This document shows positions 21,378 to 33,745 of a DNA stretch of 64,000 nucleotides, one piece after another. This DNA is from Lophium mytilinum. Lineage: Eukaryota. The stretch lies in contig MU004186.1 of assembly GCA_010093605.1 (NCBI GenBank), positions 2,150,616 to 2,214,615 of the forward strand, written 5' to 3'. The notes below the pieces were generated by a model, which saw only the letters and a program-made list of their open reading frames with translations, was not told the origin of the DNA and did no database searches. The position numbers and the translations under genes were made by a program. How positions within the stretch are numbered: position 1 is the first letter of the stretch; the number at the start of each line of letters is the position of its first letter.

Positions 21378-21399
21378 TGAGTCAAGCTGCCAGTGACTC
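21378..21399. promoter_or_regulatory. Gcn4/CPC-1 (cross-pathway control) elements upstream of tryptophan synthase
   Basis: TGAGTCA at 21378-21384 and TGACTC at 21394-21399, about 100-120 bp upstream of the ATG. Confidence 0.6.
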
Positions 21400-21496
21400 C
21401 TACAAATACTCCTCTATATCCGTCCTTCTGCTCCTCAATTGATTCCTCAGGCATAACACTTGCCAATTAGCATTACCACGTCATTGCTCATACACC

Positions 21497-24001
21497 ATGG
21501 AGGGCATCAAGCAAACGTTTGCGCAATGCAAGAAAGAGGGCCGGGTATGCTTCACCCAGCTTGACCCCGAGTCAATGATACTAATTGATAGTGTAGTCTG
21601 CCTTAGTCACTTATGTGACCGCTGGTTTTCCAACTATTCAAGAGACACCAGACATCTTGCTGGGAATGGAGGCGGGTGGCGCTGGTAAGCTACTCCACGA
21701 ATCCATGAGTCAATGAGACAAAACTTGTTCAGTATAAGCTAATATGGTATACATAGACCTCATAGAACTCGGTATGCCATTCACGGACCCAATTGGCGAC
21801 GGGCCCACGATACAGAAGTCAAACACCGTACGATGACTCCCACGCCACCCAATGCCCAAACCCTCGAAAACCTCATAGACTGACTTATGGACAACTCAGA
21901 TAGCTCTCCGGAACGGAGTCACAACGGAAATATGCCTGCAAATGGTACGCGACGCACGGAAACGAGGCCTAAAAGCACCAGTGGTGTTGATGGGTTACTA
22001 CAACCCTCTCCTTAGTTACGGAGAGGAGAAGATGCTGAAGGACGCGCGGGAAGCGGGTGTGAATGGCTTCATAATAGTCGATCTGCCCCCAGAGGAAGCT
22101 GTGAGGTTCCGGAATTACTGCACCAAAGCTGGGTGAGTCTCAACACGCTAGAACTTGAAGAGACAGCCCGCTGTTAACTGTAGTTTCCATCGCTAATGGA
22201 CCTTAAACTTGCAGCCTATCCTACGTCCCACTCATCGCTCCGGCGACCTCCGAAAAGCGCATGAAGATGCTCTGCAAGATTGCCGATTCGTTCATATATG
22301 TGGTGTCAAGAATGGGCGTGACAGGCGCTACAGGAACAATGAACGCTGCTCTACCCGAGTTGCTCGAGCGAGTGCGGAAATGGTCGGGGAACAAATACGC
22401 TGCCGTAGGGTTTGGTGTTAGCACAAGAGACCACTACCTGAGCGTCGGAAAAATTGCTGACGGTGTGGTCATTGGCAGCCAGATTGTCACTGAGGTTGGC
22501 AATGCCTCGGCTGGACAAGGCGCAAAGGCTGTGGAAGAATACTGCTCCAAGATCACAGGTCGACAGGCAGGCCAGAATGGAACAACAAGGGAGGTCGGCA
22601 TCATCGAGACCCTTGCAGAGGCAAAAGAGCCCACCGGCGTTACTGTAGACAAAGTCATCACGGACGCGGACACACCAGATGGACCAGGACTCGTAGATCA
22701 GATTGATGCTTTGAATTCGAATGGGACTGCTGATCCCGCTGCGACGCCCTCTCGGTTCGGCGAATTTGGAGGACAATACGTTCCCGAAGCTCTCATGGAC
22801 TGCCTTACTGAGCTCGAGGCAGCCTTCGACGAAGCTAAAGACGACCCGAAATTCTGGGAAGAATATCGATCATACTACCCCTTTATGGGCCGGCCTGGTC
22901 AGCTCCACGAGGCGGAAAGACTCACAGAGCATGCGGGTGGTGCTAAGATTTGGCTGAAACGGGAAGACTTGAACCACACTGGAAGCCACAAGATCAACAA
23001 TGCTGTTGGACAAATCCTTCTCGCGCGCCGCTTGGGTAAAACCGAGATCATCGCTGAGACTGGAGCTGGTCAGCACGGTGTAGCTACAGCCACTGTCTGC
23101 GCCAAGTTCGGCATGAAATGCACAATTTACATGGGCGCGGAAGACGTTCGACGACAGGCTCTCAACGTCTTCCGTATCAAGCTCCTCGGCGCTCAAGTTA
23201 TTGCTGTGGAGGCAGGCTCACAGACCCTTCGCGATGCTGTCAATGAAGCGCTGCGAGCTTGGGTTGTCAACCTGTCCACCACGCACTACATCATCGGCTC
23301 AGCAATCGGCCCTCACCCATTCCCTACCATCGTGCGAACCTTCCAATCCATCATCGGGAATGAAACGAAAGAGCAGATGCAAGCGAAGAAAGGCAAGCTC
23401 CCAGATGCTGTCGTCGCCTGTGTTGGAGGAGGAAGCAACGCTGTCGGCATGTTCTACCCATTCGCCAACGATCCCAGCGTCAAGCTCCTAGGCGTAGAAG
23501 CTGGCGGTGACGGCCTCGACACGGATCGACACAGTGCTACTTTGACTGGCGGCTCGAAGGGAGTGCTCCATGGTGTTCGAACATACGTCCTCCAAAATAA
23601 GCACGGCCAGATTGCCGACACCCACTCTGTCTCCGCTGGTCTCGACTACCCCGGCGTCGGTCCCGAACTCTCATCTTGGAAAGACTCAGATCGCGCGAAA
23701 TTCATCGCCGCGACTGACGCTGAAGCATTCCTCGGTTTCCGACTCATCTCTCAACTCGAAGGCATCATTCCCGCCCTGGAAACCGCACACGCCGTTTTCG
23801 GTGCTATCGAGCTGGCGAAAACGATGCGGAAAGACCACGACGTAGTCATCTGTGTAAGTGGACGCGGCGACAAGGATGTCCAGAGCGTTGCAGATGAACT
23901 ACCGAAGCTAGGACCTATAATTGGCTGGGATTTGAGATGTAAGAGCCCCTTCGCCTGATGAAAACTGTGATTTTAGTACTTACTGACGATTCATAGTTTG
24001 A
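21497..24001 (+). CDS. TRP5: Tryptophan synthase (fused alpha-beta); multi-exon
   Basis: Alpha motifs ([36 protein letters not shown]) and beta motifs ([48 protein letters not shown]). Last intron 23939-23996 gives WDLRF*. Confidence 0.97.
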
Positions 24002-24839
24002 GTGTGCGCCTCTGAATGATTTGTAGGCTGGTAATACTGCTACGAGACTGAAGGAAAATAGATGAAATTGTTGTATGGCTATCAAGATATAACTCACGCA
24101 TGACAGCAATTTTGGGCCTCGCAATACGCTTTTCTTGTGCACCAAACTGTCTCCTAGCACCATGTGATCTTAGATGAGAATGCGTCTCATTGCACTTTAC
24201 GGACTCAGTTACATCGGCGAGACCCTTGGCGTTTTGGACATCCACATTTACTTCTACGCCAACCCTTAGTGAAGACTAAACCTCAGTCGCGTTCCATCAA
24301 ACGCGGCATCACGATCTAGGACTTCTCCACTAGGAAAAATTGGGAAGGTACATACGAATCCGCTTCCCGAATTAGAGACAAACAGGTCAAAAATCACTAA
24401 CCCTCAGGCTACACGCTCTCCATACCCGCCCGATAGTAGTCCAGCCTCCTCAAAACGATGAATATCTCTTTGTCCCATATCGTAAAGCGCTTCTTCGGAT
24501 CCACAGCATGATTGCGTCCTAGCGTGAAAACAGTAGCATTGGGTTCCGACAGTACACTTCTTCAACTTCGGAAGGCGGAGTCGAGAAATTGGGTTGCGGT
24601 GTCTCCCCTTAGATGACAATAGATCACCGCACTTGGATTGAAATCAAAGACAGGTATCATTTGATTCGGATACTACGAAACGCTGACGAAGTCACGCTCT
24701 AACGCAAACAACGTTGTACAGACACAAGAAAATAGAACGTAAGGAACACGGGTTCCAATCCAGAGAACAGTCAGAGCCTGATTACCCACCCAGAAAAAAC
24801 CTCGGAAGACCTCCGACAGTCGTAAGCCAAAGCACCACC

Positions 24840-26492
24840 TCACCTCCAGCTCTGAGACTTCATGTGCTCCAACTGCTCCTGGCTGACAACGCTCTGCACA
24901 TTGCTCAGGAGGTGTTCCACCTTGCGAGCAATCGTGCCGCCAGCATCGCACGCCAGATGCCGCTCGGGTTGCAACACCTTACACCCAGAACACGCCGTCT
25001 CTCTCAGGACAATATCCTTCATGTTCGTCAATCCGTTCTCTAGTTCGCGGACGCTCCGGGAGATCTTCGAATAGTCAGTGACAGGAGGCCAGAGCTTTAG
25101 GTGGTCCAGCTCGCGAATCAGAGCGCCAAGCATGTGGTTGGTGCATGTGCGGCGTTCATCGTCACTGGGGTCGCAGTTGAGTTCCAAGTGGCGGACGGTC
25201 TGGGGGGCGTCGCTGTTGGCGTCGTTATTTTGGACGCTGTCGGAGACGCTTGGATGGTCGGTTGAGTCGCCCAAACGGCATGCGTGTCCGCTTTTGATCA
25301 GTGTGTTGACGGTGTTGTAGCATTCGGCGAGCATGCTTTGGATAAGGGCCTCCCGCTTGGCAAGGATGAGGTCTAACTGTAAAGTTAGAATGAGGTGCTC
25401 ACAGGCTGAGGCGGCGTCGGAGGGGGTAGCGTGATGTCAAGCCGGAGTAAAGTGACGGTGAAATAGATGATTGTGGGGTACGTACAAATAGTATTCGGCG
25501 GGAATCGGCCAGTAAGGGCTGATCCACTGGAATTAAGGCATTTGCCATCTTTTGAGGTACAGGTCAAGACGAGGTGGTTGCTAATAGCCTCGAAGTCGTC
25601 AAGAAACCCGAATGCGTAGGCGACGAGTAGCCACTCCTCGTAGCCCGGGCGGAGGATATCGTTTTGGTAAGGCTTGATCCACCCACTCAGGAATGGTACG
25701 ACGAGGCCAGTGGTATCGTAGTCGAGGCAGACAGCGGCGAGCTGAACCAGGTCTTCGTAGGACAAACGTGCGGGAATGCGCTTGAACTGGGCATGGGCGA
25801 GTTCAAGAACTAGTTCCAGTGACTTTCGATCGCCCTCGAGGTTATTCCCTGGCTTCAGGGTGGGTTTCTTCATGGGGAACCGATGTGTAGAGAGCTGCGT
25901 ACGCCACACACTGCTCACTCGGCGGAGAGCGTCAGAGGAGACTCGCATTCGCTTCGGAATATCGCCAGATTTGACAGAGTTATTGTTTATGGTGACGCAG
26001 AGATCCCCTTTGTCATCAAGCACGACGAGAGCTGGAGTGACAGCAACGGAGCTGCTTTCAGATTTAGACCGACGAACTCTGGAACGAGGAGGAATCGATT
26101 CTGTGTCAAGTTAGCTCGCTGAAGTACCTCATACGGCGGCCCATAAGGAAAAAGGCTGGTAGGAAAAGAATTGCGTTACCTGCTTGAGACACGACTATCT
26201 TAGGAGCGACGTGTGAAACAGAGTCTGGGGAGTCCGGCACGAGTGTTGGGCAGCACTCAGAGTCTGTGGCATTGCTATTCTCTGGATCATGGAACCCCTC
26301 ATCGAGCTTAGGCTCGTCGTACTGGGTTGGCATTATATTAAAGGACTCGAGATGAGCGTGAGCAAGTTGAGCTTCTTGCACTGCTTGAGTGACCGCCGTT
26401 TCTGAAGAGCTCAGCGAGCTTCGACCCGAATTGGTCAGTTCGTGTTCACTGTAGGGCAACTGCTCAGCGAGCATTTCAGTCGATGATTGCAT
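24840..26492 (-). CDS. BTB/POZ-like domain protein; 3 coding exons (start uncertain)
   Basis: VVLDDKGDLCVTI...MRVSSDALRRVSSVWRTQL...LELAHAQFKRIP...LAAVCLDYD...WLLVAYAFG is typical of fungal BTB-like proteins. Introns 26101-26179 and about 25373-25484. Confidence 0.75.
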
Positions 26493-27628
26493 AGTAGCGA
26501 CTGTGGTGTGAGAAGCCACGAAGCCGGCTGACGGAGTTACTGATGGAAGTATAGCGATTGGCTAGCAGCAGCTGGTTGAAGATAGCGAATAGTACCTGAT
26601 TGCATCACGGATCAGCCTTGAACGATGCCAGAAGACCAGGAGGGCCGGTAAATTGAGCCTGGTGGGGATAGGGTGGCAGAGTTAAAAGGAAGTTGCGATG
26701 ACCTCAGGTGTGCGAGAGCCCAGCTACGGCGAATGAGTCTAGGGAGGACTTACGATGCTAGTCGGGGAGCTGGAGCAAATGTGGAACGGATTGATGGATG
26801 AACAAAAGTGAAGAGTTGAAGTAGAAGGAAGAAAGCAAAGACATGGTGGAACGCTGGCGGCTTCCACGTGCGAAAGGGAAGGAGGAAAGGGGAAGGAGAG
26901 CCGCGTGCCCAACTCCGCAACTGCATCGCGGGCATTGCGCAAGTTGCATCTATTCGTATTGAGGAAAGTCTGAAGAGAATCTCTGAATCACGCTGCAAAT
27001 CATTTCTACTTAGCTCACGTAAGTTTTGGCAAGGTAGTGAGAGCGAGCTCGTCGACGGTCATCCCTCAAGCGCATCGTAAACTGCTTCTGTGAGCTCGGA
27101 CACTGCTGCCAGAGCTGTTGGTGATTTAAGAGAAGGGCCTAGGGCTCGTGGGCAGTGTAATTTGTATAGGGGAAGCCGTGTCCGGCGTCTTTTAAGAGGT
27201 AGATGATCCCGGCTGTGGGGCCCTCGTGAAACCCAAAATCCCTCAATTTGGCAATGTTCTATAGCATCTAGGCTATTTAAATACTATCGAGCAATTTAGA
27301 GATATCCAGAACGTTGCACAACTTTATCGAACCCATCGAGAGATTAGCAGCGTCACTGAGAGGAAAGGGTCAGGGTAACTAGGAAAGAGTATAGCCCTGA
27401 GGAATGAAAGGAGCGGTCCAGTCGGACAGCATTGCCTCGTCATCACGTTGTGTATACTTATTCGAAACTGTCTGATGTACTTCAATGGATCATCGAAAGT
27501 TTATCCCAGATGTAGTCTTGCCTAAGTCTGGGTCAAGCTGAGCGATGTTGCCTTCAAAGGTACCGTATTTGCGACTGTAATACCCATTCTCAATCATATC
27601 GGCGTCGAACGCAGCATCGTACTTGCAA

Positions 27629-29964
27629 TCAAGCCACCTTCGCCTCCGCCTCCTCAACCGTCTTCTCCAAAAAGCTGAGCAAGACCTGCGCCGAAGTAAA
27701 CGTAAGCGACACCCCCTTCGCCGGCACATCCGTCTTCGGCGCTTTCCTGTCCTCACCAGCCTGCCTCTTTGGAATCTCCAACGGCAGTGGCCCAAATGGC
27801 AGATCTTCTTTTAGGTAGGGATCCTGCAGGAGCTTCATCGCATCCCTGTACGGGTCGTGCTCAGGGCTCTGGAGCAAGAGCGCATCGAGCATCTGGTACA
27901 CGCCTCTGATGGCGCTTTCCAAAGCGCCTACAATCCATGCGTGATGAGCAGACGCGGCCTCGCCGATGAGGAAGAGCCAGCCATTCTGCTGGATGATCTC
28001 GGGCCACATGTTGGAGAACTGGCCGGGACCAAAATAAGCAAAGGCGCCGGACATGTTAGGGTCATTGTACCAGTCCCAGGCGTGGTGGTCATCGTAGAGT
28101 TCCTCAAGTTCCGCTCGCAGAGCTTTATAGGTGTCGGGAGTAGAATGCAGAAGCGCGAGGTCGTTGAGCAGAAGCTCCTTCAGCTCCGTTTCGTGCTTGG
28201 AATTGGTAGGATTGGATATCAGCGTTCCGATTCTTTGTGCATCCTGGGCCCAGGTATAGCTGCAAAGCAGGACTGCCGGCTTTTCGTAGTCGTCATGTAT
28301 ATTGTAGGACGGGTACACGCAGACACGAGTCGGGCGGTCTGTCTTTGCAACCCCACCACTGTTAATGTTGTGAGGTTCCTTCATCCACCATGCTTTCTTA
28401 AACTTCATTCCAACTTTGCAAGAAGCGCCATAGCCCAGCGAACGGATGGCTTGTTTGGTGCCGTAGCGCAATCCCGCGTCCTTGAGGTCCATCCGTTGGA
28501 GTGCTCCGAGAGTAGTCGAGTTGAATACTGCGAAGTAGTCCCTGGTCTCAGTCGGAGCAGATGGCTCATCGGCGTGTTTGATTGTCAAAGTCATGGTTCC
28601 CGTTTGGTCCGTTGAGATTTTTGTCACTTGTCTGTTCAGCTCGGGCTTCTTGACCAATTTGTCGGCCATGAGCCGGGCTACCTTTTGCGTTCCGCCCTCA
28701 ACACATAGCCATTTGGTGTTGTCTACAGAGGTCGGCTCCTCGACACCAAAGTCAAGTGCTTCAAGGACAGTTTCTGCGAGAGACTGATTGTACCACCCGG
28801 TGGCGCTGCAGTGGCATGGTCAGTGTGCGATCGCACTTCGATGCACCGTGGTTTTCTTACTAGGCAAAGGTCTCAAGCCACTCGATAGTATTAAAATTGT
28901 ATGGTCTCTTGAGAGGTCTCTCGACAGTTGGTAGATCATCTTGAAGGTCGGTACTAACGCAAGTCAGCGATGTTGCAACGTAGGTCTTTTGAAGAGTAAG
29001 CACTCACGAACGGAAAAATTGGCGTGTGCTCATGTAGTCCGCCGCTTCCAGGAGTTTCCAACCGTCGACACTTCCAATATCCATGTCACCCTTCAAAGCT
29101 GTCACAAATGGCTCGATGGCAGTTTCAACTATCTTCCCAGGATCTTTCGTTAAAAGTCTAGTATTAGTTCAGCAGATGGAACGCATAAGCGCAGAATTGA
29201 TACACAACAGCACTTACTCTTTGGGAATTCCCTTAGGGTCACCATCTTTGTAGTCGGCATTGACGCCATAGGGATCCAATGCCCCTTCACTAGGGCCTCC
29301 AACATATCGTTTGTCGTTAAAGTATGTAGGGCAAACTTTCTTGTAATCATCAAGATAATAGGGCACCAGGCCACCATTTTCCTTTGTGAGACCTAGATAC
29401 TTGAAAAGGCGGAATGTTCTAAGTTTGAATTAGTATCTGTATTAGGTTTTTAGCAACTGCGGAGTGGAGTTGCCTTTTCATCACATCGTTCTCCGGGAAT
29501 CTCATGGCCCCGACATCGTAGTAGTCGTGCGGGAGCTCAGTGTCCTTGCTAAAGTGATGCGTATAAAGCCTGCCGCCCAATCGACTATCATCAGCCGCTT
29601 CTAGGATGTCATACGTGATCTGAAGATCTTCGCTTTTGATGTGCTGATTGACGAAGTCGAGCGTCATTGCCGTAAAAAGCCCAGCACATCCTGCCCCGAC
29701 TATGCCGACATGAAGCTTTTTGCGATCAGTAGGAGCTTCTCCAGTCAACTTGCTTTCCCCTGGAAGCAGCTCCTGCACACGATCCATGAGTTGCGAGATA
29801 GTGGTCGCAGCAGGGAGGTTCTGTTTTCCACTGATCTTTTCGTTGATGAGGGTGAACTTCTTGTCCAATTGCGCTCGAGCGACATATCGAGCCCATTGGT
29901 ACTTGTATGGATCACGGTTTGATGTGTTGCTCACAGCAGGAGGAAGGTTGACAAGAGTGGCCAT
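27629..29964 (-). CDS. Flavin-containing amine oxidase / L-amino-acid oxidase family; multi-exon
   Basis: GIVGAGCAGL dinucleotide-binding motif, RLGGRLYT, YYDVGAMRFP, GAFAYFGPGQF, GEAASAHHAWIVGALESA. Confidence 0.9.
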
Positions 29965-31304
29965 ATTGAGTTGGGAATCGAGATGATTGCTATTTTGAAA
30001 TATAACCTACGTCTCGACTGAAATGCTGTTCTACTTATGCTGTTGTCTGCGCAGCATCTAGTTCATAGTCCATCTACTCGTTTAGCTAGCCTTCCGCGGC
30101 GGCATGTCTAGACTCGTTCCTACGCCCAAGAAACATCGAGAATTGAACGTGGCTTCAGCTGAAATGTGCGTCGATGAAGTGGACCGTCCAATAAAGGCAA
30201 CCGGAACATCTGCACCATTGAACATGCATCTCGAAAGTCTGCAGTAGACTCTGCAACAAAGCATATGCGAGCGTCAGACCTGCCCATGTGCAAGCCTTTT
30301 CGGTATGTCCGTCGTTAGCGATGTGAACTGAACACTTAAAAGTGGGGATTCGTCCATTTTAGATCGCTATCAGCTTCTCATGGCGATTGCCACGCGCGTT
30401 CGTGTGTGACGGGCGTTGAGACGAGCATGTTGAGCTAAGTCTCAGCCGTAGGTGCATGGTTTAGACAGTTTGAGAAACCTTTGGGTCTACGCGCCTACGC
30501 GCATTAGGCCAAGTCAGATGCGCGTCCATGAGTCCAGAAGCCGTGATAGCAGAATGCGGTCTGCAGCCAGCCAGCCACAAAGCGGGCGGGAACCCAGTGA
30601 GCGATCCGGCCCGCGGCTAGACCTGTCCTGGCGTTTGTTGGCGAATTTAGCTGGTGAACCTATAAGCTGAGAGGCCTGCGGGGTCATAGGAGAGTGCCCC
30701 GATGCGTTCGGTGGACTCGTTGAAGAAGATGGAGGGGGGGAGAAGCCGGAGGTAGGTAGGTGAGAAGTGAGAATTCTGGGCCCACATCTCCACGTGCACT
30801 AACGCGAGATGAGTGCACTTTCAGCTTCAAATTTGTTTTGTAGGGCAAGAACCCGAAAATATGTCAAGAGATGTTATGAGCCAGGTTCATTTTATTGTTT
30901 AAAAGCTTCGATTGAGTACAGCAAGTCACGTGCTCACCGCCAGAAATACTACTCTTCTGTTTCTTTCTCTTGACTGTCGGTCTTTTCAAGGGAAATGAGA
31001 TCAGGCGTTATAGAAATATGCTATCTGTTCTTTCCTACATGAGTTCATCTCATTTCCCCGAAAAACCGATTCTATTAATCTAACCCTCACGCCCCGGCAT
31101 CTCGCAAACAGATCCGGGCCTGCAATTAATCTAACACCGCCCTGCCACATTTCCTTAAGACAAGAGGACAGAACTCAAGATTAAGTTCTAGCTGTATATT
31201 TATTGGCATTCTGCTCCAGAAAATGTTTTCACTACTTCCGTCCGTTGGATTTCAACCTCTTTGCCTCCAAGAACTTCTGTTAGGTCTACTTCACATAAGA
31301 CACT

Positions 31305-32045
31305 ATGAAACTCTCAAATTTCCTCAGCACAGCAGCACTGTTAGCCACAACCCTAGCATCTGAAGACCCCGACCCTTCTCCCGCCTCCGAACTCGCCTCC
31401 GAGTCCTCCCCTTCCGCCGCGGACGCCGACCCATCGCCCTGGGCCTCACTCTGGACACCCTCTTCCCTCTCCGCCTACACCACCCCCTGCCGCGCCTCCA
31501 CCACCTTCAAAACCGAGATCTACACCCTGGCCGAAATGTACCCGACCCTGAAAACCTGGGCGCCGGAGCTCAAGGTTTTCTACAACAAAGTCGAGTACCC
31601 CGGTTCCTGGGACGGGGTCGATCTGCACGGCGAGAAGCGCGAGCTGCTGAAGATGCAATTAGCCGATGTCCCCGAGGGGGTGCGGACGTGGTTGAGGGAG
31701 CATGAGTTTCAGAGGCGGTACAGTGTGCAAGGGGATGTGGTGTTTTTTGCACCAGGAGCGATGTATCCGTTGCTGCCGCTTTGGGTGGATGAGCCTGGGA
31801 ATAGTGTTTGCGAAGGTAGGTTTAGGTGCGTGTCTTTGCTATAGAGGACCATGCTGATTCTGATTGTGTTAGGGGCTTTCGAAGATTTGGAGAATTATGG
31901 CCGTGAGTTGACAGATGGGGGGGTGGTGGCGAGTGTGAGTCATAGGAGTTCGGGGAAAAATGAGGTGGAGATTACCATTGAGGCGATGCTGTTGAAGTTG
32001 AAGGAGGAGAAAGACAAACACGCGGAGCTCAAGGATGAGCTTTGA
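31305..32045 (+). CDS. Hypothetical secretory-pathway protein with a signal peptide and C-terminal KDEL; 2 exons
   Basis: MKLSNFLSTAALLATTLA signal peptide. An intron at about 31817-31872 (GTAGGT...TTAG) joins VCE-G-AFEDL. The protein ends ELKDEL*. Confidence 0.8.
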
Positions 32046-32125
32046 GTGTTTGGTCCAGAGAGCTTGGGGTGCAAGTGGACGACCCTCGTTAGGAATGTCT
32101 TCTCCATAGGTGTAGTTGGGTATTC

Positions 32126-33258
32126 TCAAGCACCTTCATTCGTATCATCGTTCCTCCGAATGCGGGAACTCCGTTTCGCGTTCTCTGTTTTGTTGTGTGA
32201 TATAGCCGAGAACATGTTATAGATGAACATAGAACTGAAAGTCATTCCCACAAATCCTAGTACAGCTGCGACTGTAACGATGGAGAAGACAGTGAAGCCA
32301 TAAGCCGCATTCTGGAATGTTGCGCTGCTAGCGAGCTGGGGCGTTCCTGCGCCGACTTGCATGGCCGAGAAGACCAGCGAGAAGAACACGAAGACGATGA
32401 GGACCCATCCGAAGTTCCTTTGGAAGAAGACGACGTAACGGTTGTAGCCGTAGAGATATCCGCGAACGAAATGTGTCCTGAAGAAGCGAATGCGGTAGAT
32501 GGTGTTAATCCTCCCTAGACGTAGCTCGCCGAACAGATAGCGTTTGTTGACTTGATGAAGCGTGTTTACGTCGACTTGTGAACAGAAATCAGTAACGAAT
32601 CGTTTCCAAGAAACCCATGTGATGGGCAAAGGTAGAAGATCCAATTCTTGGGCTATTTTCAGATCCAGAGGTGACCGAACAAGCCAGACGTATGATAATA
32701 AGAAGCCGCACGCAGACTCATGCAAGGCTTTTGATTTAGGTGCGCATAAATAGTTTTCCCAAAACTCGAAATTTAGTAGAAAGGCAGGAAGAGGCTTGAC
32801 GAGCAGGCGATTTGAGAATTTGAGCAGGTGGAGATCTGCCTGTTCGGTATGCACCACATCGAAGCCCATCATCTGCTGTCTATGCAGAGGTCGGGCATTG
32901 AGAGGCCTTCCAGCCATCCATAGGAGATGATGAATGACATTGAGACGGTCTAGATCCAGATCTTGTTCTAGAAATCCCGCTATATCGTCGTTCACTAGAC
33001 GTACCACATGTTGCGTCCGTAGTTCGTATGTAGCTGGCAGCGATTCGAGCGCGTTATGCAAGTCTGGCACGCTACTCTGCTGGGAATCGTGTAGCTGTAT
33101 ATCACAAATTGAGGTAGGTGAATGATGAGGTGACGCAGCATCTACAGCCTGTGTAAGTACTGGGGATGTGAATGGAGGTCGCAGGGGCGGAGCCTAGGGC
33201 GAATTAGCAGATGTTCGATGCGCGCGTCCTCCTGCGACGGTACCTTGTCTTCTGCCAT
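32126..33258 (-). CDS. Fungal membrane protein, DUF6601-like; 2 exons
   Basis: HLLWMAGRPLNARPLHRQ, EQADLHL, KPLPAFLL, GFLLSYVWLV, RYLFGELRLGRINTIYR and two C-terminal TM helices. Short first exon MAEDK from 33258. Confidence 0.75.
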
Positions 33259-33745
33259 ATCTCGACTCTTTGGGGGTATGCCAGTTTGCATCGCCGACAG
33301 CAGAGGAGGACTGAGGACAAGGTGCGCGTTGCGCGAGATTTAAGACGTGTCCGTAGCTGCGGAATCGGAGGGCTGTGAGACGTGAACGTGCAGCAATCTA
33401 GGCACCTGGGCAAGCCACGATCGCCGAGGCTGTGATCCTGATCATAAAGACGATTTACACAGAGTATGGTCAGATGTCAAGTCAGGCATGGTTCAATTCA
33501 CACGTTGTTGAGACGTGATTCTGTGGATGGCAGCATGTGGTCAGTTATATATCCATCGTAAAGTTGAGCAACGCGGAGGATTTCTTTATTGTTCGAGCAA
33601 AGGCTTTCCCTTTTACGGTTCGTGTCACCAAATGACACGTCGTAACACCTATTGAAGCCATGGTGCACGAGACTAGGTCGCAGTGCTCACGAGCCCCCGT
33701 GTGGACTTGAGATACACAAGTATCAACCACCACCTCAGAAACCCC

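Noticed and set aside
21497..29964. Trp synthase plus amine oxidase as an indole/auxin biosynthetic cluster
   Set aside because: They are separated by an unrelated BTB-like gene, no other pathway genes are present, and oxidase substrate specificity cannot be read from the sequence.
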